A DNA stretch of 55,735 bases from an uncultured Planctomycetales bacterium (GTDB taxonomy: Bacteria > Omnitrophota > Gorgyraeia > Gygaellales > Profunditerraquicolaceae), in the NCBI GenBank assembly GCA_964582765.1, contig CAZOSW010000002.1:15041-70775 (forward strand). Direction: 5' to 3'. Each line of letters opens with the position of its first letter. Positions within the stretch are counted from its first letter, which is position 1. A model generated the notes under the pieces. The model made no database searches, was not told where the DNA came from, and was given only the letters and a program-made list of their open reading frames with translations. This document shows, one piece after another, positions 40,534 to 48,623 of the stretch. The position numbers and the translations under genes are program-made.

Positions 40534-41865
40534 GTGGCACTTTCAGGGTTGGATATTTATAAATTATTACCAAAAACAAATTGCCGCCAGTGCGGGGTTA
40601 CTACCTGCCTTGCTTTTGCTATGCAGCTAGCTAAGAAAGCGATGGCAATTGAAAAATGCCCTTTTATTTCGCCGGAGGCTAAAAGTATTCTAGAGGCGCA
40701 GGCTTTGCCTCCAATAAAGCCGATTATTTTAGGCACAAATGAATCAAAATTTGAGATTGGCAATGAAACAGTAATGTTTAGGCATGAAGAGAAATTCCGC
40801 AACCCTACTGGTGTAGGTTTTATTCTTGATGATAGCTTAACTGATACTGAGATAAAAGCGCATCTTGATCAGATTAACCAGTTAAAGTTTGAACGCGTGG
40901 GCCAACTGCTTGAAGTTAATCTAGTTGCTTTAAAGCAAAATAAAGATATCAAAAGGTATTTAGAAGCAACTAAATTAATTTTAAATCATACGGCTATGCA
41001 GATAATCTTAGTAGCTTCTGAGCCTTTAGCTTTAAGGGAGGCTGCGAAAATCGCAAAAGAGCGTATTCCGCTGCTTTATTGTGCAACAGAAGATAACTTT
41101 ATGCAAATTGGAGCTATTGCCAAGGAGTTTGGGTTACCCCTAGTGGTGGTTGCGCAGAAGCTTGATACTTTGGCCAGGCTTACTAAGGAACTTAATGCGA
41201 TAGGGGTAAATAAACTGATTTTAGATACTGGGTTAAAACCGATTGCTGATAAAATTTGGGATTTAACGCAAATTCGCAGGCTTGCGCTTAAGAAATCAAA
41301 CCGGGCGCTAGGATACCCAACTTTAGCTATCGTTGATAATAGCGACCCTTATGAAGAAGCTATGGAGGCAACTGCTTATATTGCTAAGTATGCGGGGATT
41401 GTTTTAATTAAGGGCATTGAAGCTTGGGAGGCTATCTCCATTTTAACTCTAAGGCAGAATATCTTCACTGATCCGCAAAAACCTCTGCAAATTGATCCCA
41501 AGCTTTATCCGATAGGTAATGTAGATGGCAGTTCTCCGCTTTTAGTTACTACCAACTTTTCCTTAAGTTATTATACTGTTTTAGGAGAAGTAGAAGCGAG
41601 CAAAATACCTTCGTATATTTTGAGCGTGGATACTCAAGGCATGTCTGTGCTTACAGCATGGGCTGCGGAAAAATTCAACGCTGAAACAATAACTAAGTCA
41701 CTGGAAAGTAGCGGGGTTAGAGATGTTCTTAAGCATAAGAATTTAATTATTCCTGGTTATGTAGCGATGATGAGCGGGGATCTCCAGGATCAGTCAGGAT
41801 TTAATGTCATCGTAGGCCCCAAAGAAGCTGCCGGGATTCCCGCGTTTTTAAAAAATCTGAATTAA
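40534..41865 (+). CDS. acsC: Corrinoid iron-sulfur protein large subunit (CdhE/AcsC)
   Basis: GTG 40534 lies 6 nt after AGGAG. ALSGLDIYKLLPKTNCRQCGVTTCLAFAMQLA...KCPF carries the N-terminal 4Fe-4S motif. The track start 40489 is a likely overextension. Confidence 0.9.
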   Translation: MALSGLDIYKLLPKTNCRQCGVTTCLAFAMQLAKKAMAIEKCPFISPEAKSILEAQALPPIKPIILGTNESKFEIGNETVMFRHEEKFRNPTGVGFILDDSLTDTEIKAHLDQINQLKFERVGQLLEVNLVALKQNKDIKRYLEATKLILNHTAMQIILVASEPLALREAAKIAKERIPLLYCATEDNFMQIGAIAKEFGLPLVVVAQKLDTLARLTKELNAIGVNKLILDTGLKPIADKIWDLTQIRRLALKKSNRALGYPTLAIVDNSDPYEEAMEATAYIAKYAGIVLIKGIEAWEAISILTLRQNIFTDPQKPLQIDPKLYPIGNVDGSSPLLVTTNFSLSYYTVLGEVEASKIPSYILSVDTQGMSVLTAWAAEKFNAETITKSLESSGVRDVLKHKNLIIPGYVAMMSGDLQDQSGFNVIVGPKEAAGIPAFLKNLN

Positions 41866-41992
41866 AACTTTTACCTTGTGGCTTAAAAATCGTGCACCTT
41901 AAGGCGTAGATAAATTGCGACTACTTTAAGCCATTTCGCCTGAATGATAAGGATAAGGAAGCTTAGGGTTTAATACTGAGGGGTTTAAATTT

Positions 41993-43924
41993 ATGCAAAA
42001 ATTTAAAATTACTTTTTTACCGGAGAATAAAACTATCAACGTTGAGAAAGATAAAACCATTCTTTCTGCGGCGGTCTCAGCCGGAATCTATATTAATTCT
42101 ACCTGCGGAGGAGATGGAATCTGCGGAAAATGCAAGGTAATAGTTAATAAAGGGCGCCCGATAAGCCAGCCAAATGGCATAATTACACCGTTTGAGAAGG
42201 CGAATAATATATATTTAGCTTGTTTATCGAGCATTCAGAGTGATTTAGAGATAACGATTCCTGATAGCTCGCGGCTTAATTTCGATAAACTCACTCCTGA
42301 AGAATTAGAGGAGCGTCTAGACGGGTTATATTCAAAAGTTGAAGATGTCCGTCCGGCAAAAGCAAAATTTGATAATAGTGTTTTTAAGCATTCTCCTTTT
42401 GCCACAAAATTATATCTGGAACTTTCTAAGCCGACGATTGAGGATAGCGTAAGTGATTTAGAGAGGCTATACCGGGCCATTCGTAAAATTGAAGATTTCA
42501 CTGTGATACAGACAGGGCTATTTAATATCCGTCAATTAGGCCAGTTTTTGCGGGATTACGATTGGAAAGTTACCGTTACATTAGGAAAACGTGATAATAC
42601 GGTTGAAATTGTTTTAATTGAGCCGGGCGATACAAGTGGAAAAAATTTCGGCCTCTGTTTTGATATTGGTACAACTACAATTTCCGGCCAGCTGGTAAAT
42701 TTAAATTCAAAGAAAATCCTGGGGACAAAGGCAGCTTATAATCAACAGGCTGCTTTCGGAAGCGACGTAATTACTCGTATAGTCCATGCGGCTAAACCTG
42801 ATGGCCTTAAGCAACTGCATAATGCCGTTTCGGATACAATGAATCAGATTATTAAAGAATTGATTCTTGAGCATAGTACTGACCTCAACGATGTTAACTG
42901 TATTGTTTGTTCGGGTAATACTACGATGATTCATCTCTTGTTAAATATGGACCCGGCGCATATCCGTAAAGAGCCGTATGTTCCAACGGCAAATTTTTTA
43001 CCGGTTTTACGGGCCACAGAAGCAGATATAAATATCAATTCGAGGGGGTTGCTTAGTTGTGTACCGGGAATCTCTAGTTATGTAGGGGGAGATACTACTG
43101 CCGGGGTTTTATCCAGCCTGATATATCAAAAAGAGGAGCTAAGTATATTGATTGATATCGGAACAAATGGCGAGATTGTTTTAGGCAATAAAGATTTTCT
43201 GGTTGCCTGTGCTGCATCAGCCGGTCCTGCTTTTGAAGGCAGCGGAGTAACTAGCGGTATGCGCGCAAGTAGCGGGGCAATTCAGAGAGTAAGCATAGAT
43301 AAAACAGATTTTAGCGTTAAATATTCTACGATTGCGGATAAAAAACCCCGCGGGATCTGTGGTTCAGGTTATATTGATTTATTGAGTGAAATGCTGGAGG
43401 CGGGAATAATTGATAAATCCGGTAAAATCAAAATTCAGGATAGGCGAATACGTCAAACAGATTTCGGCAATGAGTTCGTAGTTTGTTTTAAAGAAGAAGC
43501 TGAAGGAGACAATGATATTGTAATTAACGAAGCAGATATTGAAAATCTTAAGCGCTCAAAGGGGGCGATATATTCTGCCGCATCAATATTAGTTAAACAT
43601 TTAGGGTTAGAATTTTCACTAATACATAAAATTTATATCGCCGGTGGTTTTGGTACTTATTTAGATATTGATAAGGCAATAAAGATTGGATTGTTGCCAG
43701 ATTTAGAGCGTTCTAAATTTGTTTTTATCGGTAATAGTTCTTTGGCAGGTGCAAGGGAAATACTTCTATCCGCCCAAGCTATGGCTATGGCGGATAAACT
43801 CGCATCTAAAATTACATATTTTGAATTATCAGTTGATCCGGGGTATATGGAAGAATATAGTCAGGCACTATTCTTTCCGCATACAGATTTATTAAAATTT
43901 CCTACGGTGAAATTTAATGGGTAA
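41993..43924 (+). CDS. acsV: Reductive activator of CoFeSP (RACo/AcsV): 2Fe-2S ferredoxin plus ASKHA ATPase
   Basis: 643 aa. N-terminal CGGDGICGKCKV ferredoxin, then ASKHA blocks (FDIGTTTISG, IDIGTNGEI, AGGFGTYLD). Confidence 0.85.
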   Translation: MQKFKITFLPENKTINVEKDKTILSAAVSAGIYINSTCGGDGICGKCKVIVNKGRPISQPNGIITPFEKANNIYLACLSSIQSDLEITIPDSSRLNFDKLTPEELEERLDGLYSKVEDVRPAKAKFDNSVFKHSPFATKLYLELSKPTIEDSVSDLERLYRAIRKIEDFTVIQTGLFNIRQLGQFLRDYDWKVTVTLGKRDNTVEIVLIEPGDTSGKNFGLCFDIGTTTISGQLVNLNSKKILGTKAAYNQQAAFGSDVITRIVHAAKPDGLKQLHNAVSDTMNQIIKELILEHSTDLNDVNCIVCSGNTTMIHLLLNMDPAHIRKEPYVPTANFLPVLRATEADININSRGLLSCVPGISSYVGGDTTAGVLSSLIYQKEELSILIDIGTNGEIVLGNKDFLVACAASAGPAFEGSGVTSGMRASSGAIQRVSIDKTDFSVKYSTIADKKPRGICGSGYIDLLSEMLEAGIIDKSGKIKIQDRRIRQTDFGNEFVVCFKEEAEGDNDIVINEADIENLKRSKGAIYSAASILVKHLGLEFSLIHKIYIAGGFGTYLDIDKAIKIGLLPDLERSKFVFIGNSSLAGAREILLSAQAMAMADKLASKITYFELSVDPGYMEEYSQALFFPHTDLLKFPTVKFNG

Positions 43925-44660
43925 GATTATTGCAATGGCAGGAAAAGGCGGAACCGGAAAAACCACAATCGCCGCCTTAATTGTTCGCTGTATAAAAGAA
44001 AAAAAACTGGGCTCGGTTATAGCCATAGATGCTGACCCGAACAGTAATTTAGCAGAGAGTTTAGGAATAAAAAGTCAATTCAGTATAGGAGAAATTCTTG
44101 ATAGCATTGCTGATAAAGTTCCACCCGGAATGACTAAAGACCGTTTTATTCAGCATCAGGTGCAAACAGCTATCCACGAGGAAGAAGGTTTTGACTTATT
44201 GAGCATGGGCAAGCCTGAGGGACCCGGCTGTTATTGCTATGTAAACAACGTATTAAGGTCAGTTATGGTTAACTTAATTAAAGATTATGATTATATTGTA
44301 GTTGATAATGAAGCGGGATTAGAGCATCTTTCTCGGAGGACTACACGTTTAGCCGATATACTTATAGTCGTATCAGATACTTCGGTCGTAGGTTTAAAAT
44401 CAGCGAAAAGGATCATTGAATTAGTAAAACAATTAAAATTTGAAGTAAGAAAAAGTTTCCTCTTAATAAATTGTTTTAATAATAATGTCGGAAATGAGAA
44501 GATCAAGGAAACGGGACTGGATTATTTAGGAAGCCTGCCGCATGATTTAGAGATTGAGAAGCTAAGCTTAGAAGGAAAATCGGTTTTTGAGCTCAAACCA
44601 GACGCAGAGATAATAAAAGCACTTAATTTATTGGGAGATTCTATATGGAAACGCAATTAG
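43917..44660 (+). CDS. cooC: CooC/AcsF-type Ni-insertion accessory ATPase
   Basis: 247 aa with deviant Walker A AMAGKGGTGKTT and CxC metal motif GPGCYCYVN. Confidence 0.85.
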   Translation: MGKIIAMAGKGGTGKTTIAALIVRCIKEKKLGSVIAIDADPNSNLAESLGIKSQFSIGEILDSIADKVPPGMTKDRFIQHQVQTAIHEEEGFDLLSMGKPEGPGCYCYVNNVLRSVMVNLIKDYDYIVVDNEAGLEHLSRRTTRLADILIVVSDTSVVGLKSAKRIIELVKQLKFEVRKSFLLINCFNNNVGNEKIKETGLDYLGSLPHDLEIEKLSLEGKSVFELKPDAEIIKALNLLGDSIWKRN

Positions 44661-45580
44661 TGCTTGAAAAATGGCCGGGAGAAATATCAACGGTAATTAT
44701 TGGGGCAAAGAAAGAGGACGGAGGTTCTCGTAGCAATATAGTTAATATCGGTGGACAAAAATCATTGCCCTTATTATTTAAAGAAGGAGAAATCCCTAAT
44801 AAGCCTAAGATTGCCTTTGAAATCTGGGACATCCCGCCTGTCGATTGGCAGGATGAGATTGTTTCTGCTTATGGAAAATCAGTGAATGACCCTTTTGCCT
44901 GGGCAGAAAAATGCGTAAATGAATTTAAGGCGGAATTGCTTTGCGTAAAAATGCAGGGAGCACACCCTGATTTTGGTGATAAGGGGCCTGGCGCGTCGGC
45001 TAAATTTATTTCGGCCTTATTGAGTAGAGTTGGCGTACCTTTAGTTATCATAGGAAGTGATGACGATACTAAGGACAATTTAATTATGCCGGCAGTTTCA
45101 GAAGCGGCTAAGAAAGAACGCTGCCTAATCGGCTCTGCTCTACAGGATAATTATAAAACATTAACAGCTAGCGCTTTAGCTGATAGCCACAGTATTATCG
45201 CTTCGAGTCCTATAGATATTAATATTGCAAAACAGTTAAATATATTAATTTCTGATATGGGATTAGCGTTCGAACGTATTGTAATGGATCCGACTATAGG
45301 GGCTTTAGGTTATGGGCTTGAATATGCTTATTCTATTATGGAAAGAGCCAGGCTTGCTGCTTTAAGCGGCGATAAAACTCTTGCCTCTCCGTTTATCTGT
45401 TTTGTGGGACAGGAGTCATGGAAAACTAAAGAAGCAAAAGCAAGCGCCAAGCAGGGGATTATTTGGGAGACGATTACTGCATCTAGCCTCATACAATCAG
45501 GTGCGGATCTTTTAGTTATGCGCCACCCTAAAGCAGTAGAAAAAGTTAATAATTTTATTGAAACGTTATACAGGAAATAA
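44645..45580 (+). CDS. acsD: Corrinoid iron-sulfur protein small subunit (CdhD/AcsD)
   Basis: 311 aa TIM-barrel-like. The pattern (VKMQGAHPDF, MDPTIGALGYGLEYAYS) and position between cooC and acsE fit AcsD. Confidence 0.8.
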   Translation: METQLVLEKWPGEISTVIIGAKKEDGGSRSNIVNIGGQKSLPLLFKEGEIPNKPKIAFEIWDIPPVDWQDEIVSAYGKSVNDPFAWAEKCVNEFKAELLCVKMQGAHPDFGDKGPGASAKFISALLSRVGVPLVIIGSDDDTKDNLIMPAVSEAAKKERCLIGSALQDNYKTLTASALADSHSIIASSPIDINIAKQLNILISDMGLAFERIVMDPTIGALGYGLEYAYSIMERARLAALSGDKTLASPFICFVGQESWKTKEAKASAKQGIIWETITASSLIQSGADLLVMRHPKAVEKVNNFIETLYRK

Positions 45581-45582
45581 AT

Positions 45583-46371
45583 ATGTTTATTATCGGTGAA
45601 CTGATTAATGGGATGTATCCAAATATCGCATCAGCAATTTCTAGACGCGATAAAAAAGTAGTGCAAAAGTGCGCACTGGAGCAAATTGCCTGCGGGGCTG
45701 ATGCTATAGATATAAATTGCGGGCCGGATTCTAAAGATCCGCTGATTGATTTACCGTGGCTTGTAGAAACCATCCAGGAGGCTACTGATAAGCCGCTTTG
45801 TCTTGATTCTAGTAAGCCACGGGTCATTGAGGAAGGTTTGAAGGCATCGAGAAATAAAACTATTATTAATTCTACGACAGCTGATAAGGAAAAGTTGGAT
45901 ATTCTTGTTTTTTTGGCTAAACAGTATAAATCCAAGTTAATCGGGATTACAATCAGCCAAAAGGGTATCCCGCAAAATAAAGACCAGCGCGTGGAATTAG
46001 CCGCAGTCATTGTTGCTTATTGTCAGGATAACGGATTCCCTGTTGAGGATCTTTATTTAGACCCAATAGTTTTACCGATTAATGTGGCTCAGGAGCAAAT
46101 AAGCGATATTTTAAAATCTATCTACGAGTTTAAAATATTATCCGAGCCTAGTCCAAAAACTGTGCTGGGTTTAAGTAACATTTCTCAAGGTATACAGGCC
46201 CATAGCTTAATTAATCGCACGTTTTTAACTATGGCTGTTGCTTGTGGCTTGGATTCTGCTATACTTAATCCTAAAGATAATGAACTAATGAACTCATTGA
46301 TTACCGCAGAGCTTATTTTTAATAAAAATATTTACTGCGATTCGTATTTAAAAGCTTACAGAAAAAAATAA
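45583..46371 (+). CDS. acsE: Methyltetrahydrofolate:corrinoid/iron-sulfur protein methyltransferase
   Basis: 262 aa pterin-binding domain (IIGELING, GADAIDINCG, CLDSS, LGLSNISQG). Confidence 0.85.
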   Translation: MFIIGELINGMYPNIASAISRRDKKVVQKCALEQIACGADAIDINCGPDSKDPLIDLPWLVETIQEATDKPLCLDSSKPRVIEEGLKASRNKTIINSTTADKEKLDILVFLAKQYKSKLIGITISQKGIPQNKDQRVELAAVIVAYCQDNGFPVEDLYLDPIVLPINVAQEQISDILKSIYEFKILSEPSPKTVLGLSNISQGIQAHSLINRTFLTMAVACGLDSAILNPKDNELMNSLITAELIFNKNIYCDSYLKAYRKK

Positions 46372-46416
46372 ATTTAAGCTGCAAGTGAAATTCTTGATAA
46401 GTATTGAATAAAAGTC

Positions 46417-46430
46417 TTGGCGGAGTAGCT
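46417..46430 (+). repeat. Orphan copy of the tRNA(CAU) 5' end
   Basis: ttggcggagtagct is identical to 46585-46598 (2 leader nt plus tRNA positions 1-12), 168 nt upstream of the genuine copy. Confidence 0.8.
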
Positions 46431-46586
46431 TGAGCATGCTCCCTGCCTGCCGGCAGTCAGGGAGCATGCGGGCCTGTCCCCTATGCCTGCGGCTTAGGGG
46501 TATTGCGCCGCAGAAGATAAAAATGTTGCGGCTTGATACCTAAACAAGCCGCGTGTACAAGTAATCGATAAAATCAAAATTGATTT

Positions 46587-46660
46587 GGCGGAGTAGCTCA
46601 GCCTGATAGAGCACGCGGCTCATACCCGCTTGGTCGGTGGTTTAAATCCACTCTCCGCCA
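46587..46660 (+). tRNA. tRNA with CAT anticodon (elongator-type Met or Ile2), non-canonical A19/U56
   Basis: 74-nt cloverleaf with acceptor GGCGGAG/CTCCGCC (G1-C72, so not an initiator), C11-G24, anticodon loop CTCATAC, D-loop AGCCTGATA, T-loop TTTAAAT. No encoded CCA. Confidence 0.85.
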
Positions 46661-46903
46661 CTTTAATTATACAAGAGTGGAACTTTCCACTTCGTGGTTT
46701 TCCCGCCTAAAGAACGGGCGGGATTTCGCTAGATGTCTGCCTTCGGCAGACGGTGGGTCCTCAAAAATCCACTCTCCGCCACTTTAATTATACAAGAGTG
46801 GAACTTTCCACTTCGTGGTTTTCCCGCCTAAAGAACGGGCGGGATTTCGCTAAATGTTTGCCTTCGGCAGACGGCGGGTCCTCAAAAATCCACTCTCCGC
46901 CAC
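46644..46903 (+). repeat. Two tandem 121-nt units plus a terminal 18-mer, each boundary being the tRNA 3' end
   Basis: aaatccactctccgccac occurs at 46644, 46765 and 46886. The intervening 103 nt differ at only 3 positions (46732/46853, 46737/46858, 46754/46875). Confidence 0.95.
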
Positions 46904-46935
46904 CAAATATACTGAGTAAGTGGCGCTGTATCTAT

Positions 46936-47018
46936 AGAGGCAGTCCTATGGAGTAGGACCACTCTCCGTCACCAGTGTCACGAGAGGTAGCACCCGGATT
47001 TCTAGGGGGGCTGCCTCT
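46936..47018 (+). other. Structured element closed by an 8-bp helix, containing a diverged fourth copy of the tRNA 3' end
   Basis: agaggcag (46936-46943) pairs with ctgcctct (47011-47018). Inside are the hairpin gtccta-tggag-taggac and ccactctccgtcacca (46959-46974). Confidence 0.55.
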
Positions 47019-47173
47019 TTATCATTAGTTATTCTAAAATTTGTTTAGCAGCGGAGGGACTTGTCATGTTTCAGAGAGTGCATAGATAAGGCTATCATGG
47101 GTAAAGACGGAAAGATAAACGAGATTTTGTGCATTGGTAATAAAGTTATTTAAATTCGGTAAAGAATTTAGGT

Positions 47174-48448
47174 TTATCTTCCTGAGTATTTCTTGGCCAG
47201 TCTTTCGACAACCAGCGATGTAATAATAAATATTCCTGCCTCAGTCAATACTGTTGCAAACGCGGCACCTACGTAAGAGAATTGATAGATCAATATGAAT
47301 ATAAGCGGTAAACCGATAAGCGCGGCGATAACGTGAATTTTTGCGTATAAATCCTGTTTTCCGCAGACGAGCAGAAACTGTATCTTAAAGTTATTTGCAC
47401 CGATAAAGAACACCGCGGCCAGCAATAGCCTCAAAGTAAACACTACTTCTTTATAAGCTACTCCGCAGGCAATCTTAATAATCCAAGGGGCTATAAAGTA
47501 GGCAATAGGCAGGCTGACTATAAAACCCAAGGTAATCCTATCCTGGATCCTATACATTATAGCTATTGCCCTCTGTTTATTCTTTGCAAAAACATTGCTA
47601 ATCCTGGGGAATACTGCACGGGTAAAGGAATCCATAGGGAATGTTTGGATATAATTAGCGATTTTCTCAGCAAGTGAATAATAGCCGGTAATTACATTAT
47701 TGGTAAGTAATCCTACGGCAAAAATCCTGGTGGTAGTATAGGCGTTAATAGATAGAATAGAAATAAAAATATCCCAACCTGTCTTGAGCTCTCTTTTTAT
47801 GGAAGCGTATTTCTGTAAAATAAATTTAATGCGGAATCTCCTGAAGGCAATATATAGACCAAGTATTCCGCTTATTATTGAGAAGAGCGAATTTAACAAA
47901 GGAACCAATAGGAAGTCTTTGGGGCCATTTATAAAGATAAAAATACAAATCGCATAAATTAAACCGCTGATTGCGTTAACCACGGCAATATAGCTCATTT
48001 TTTCTTTGCCCTGAAAAAACCAGACGGGAAATAATGAGCTGCCGATTACTGAACCGAAACTTAAAATATAAACCAGCCAATCTGCTTTGAATTTTGGCAC
48101 AAGATATAATATAGCGCAGAGAATTAAAAAGCTGATCGCGGAGAATATAAGCTTTACCGTCATTACCGAAGAGAACACCTCGTTAGTTTTCTGTTTATGA
48201 TCCCCTATAAGAGAAATAGTTTTTGTTGCCGATAGGCTAAAACCATAGTCCGTCAAGATCATGAAATATTGCACAAGGCTTTGAGCAAAAGCAATTAACC
48301 CGAATTTTTCCATCCCGATTACTCTAATAAGGTAAGGCAGAACAACTAGGGGCAGGATATAGTTAATGCTTTGAAGGCTGGTAAGAGAAACAAAATTCCC
48401 AAGGACTATTTTTCTTTCCTTGTGCGTTATGATCCGTTTTGAACTCAT
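47174..48448 (-). CDS. Wzx-like oligosaccharide/polysaccharide flippase (MOP superfamily)
   Basis: About 424 aa from ATG 48448 (MSSKRIITHK), polytopic with 12 or more hydrophobic helices. N-terminal pattern is typical of polysaccharide biosynthesis proteins. The track start 48502 lies inside the REP-like element. Confidence 0.7.
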   Translation of the reverse strand: MSSKRIITHKERKIVLGNFVSLTSLQSINYILPLVVLPYLIRVIGMEKFGLIAFAQSLVQYFMILTDYGFSLSATKTISLIGDHKQKTNEVFSSVMTVKLIFSAISFLILCAILYLVPKFKADWLVYILSFGSVIGSSLFPVWFFQGKEKMSYIAVVNAISGLIYAICIFIFINGPKDFLLVPLLNSLFSIISGILGLYIAFRRFRIKFILQKYASIKRELKTGWDIFISILSINAYTTTRIFAVGLLTNNVITGYYSLAEKIANYIQTFPMDSFTRAVFPRISNVFAKNKQRAIAIMYRIQDRITLGFIVSLPIAYFIAPWIIKIACGVAYKEVVFTLRLLLAAVFFIGANNFKIQFLLVCGKQDLYAKIHVIAALIGLPLIFILIYQFSYVGAAFATVLTEAGIFIITSLVVERLAKKYSGR

Positions 48449-48482
48449 TCCATATAATTTACACTTTAAGCCCAAAAAAGTC

Positions 48483-48555
48483 AATTTAAATGAGGCCAAC
48501 AACTTATGTCGCTATCGCTCCATAAGTTGTTGGCCGAATTTAATCCTCGCAAGCA
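48483..48555. repeat. REP-like palindromic element, copy 2 (perfect 15-bp stem)
   Basis: ggccaacaacttatg (48494-48508), loop tcgctatcgctc, cataagttgttggcc (48521-48535). Flanks are the reverse complement of those of copy 1. Confidence 0.75.
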
Positions 48556-48623
48556 AGGCGAGCAAGGATTATCACAAAATCAAACTATAAATTTTATAAT
48601 TATTATGGTAAAATAAATCAATA

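Noticed and set aside
46417-46660. tmRNA or permuted tmRNA, with a tRNA-like 5' end far from a T-arm/acceptor 3' end.
   Set aside because: The acceptor stem has C3-G70 where tmRNA needs the G3-U70 alanine identity pair. No tag-peptide reading frame with a resume codon is visible. A complete ordinary cloverleaf exists at 46587-46660.
46644-46903. Possible CRISPR array, because of regularly spaced exact repeats.
   Set aside because: The whole 121-nt period is repeated, so the spacers are identical apart from 3 substitutions. There are only three repeat copies, the repeat is a tRNA 3' end, and no cas genes are present.
46753-46956. Track ORF of 67 aa.
   Set aside because: It lies wholly inside the tandem 121-nt repeats and tRNA-end copies, and there is no RBS.
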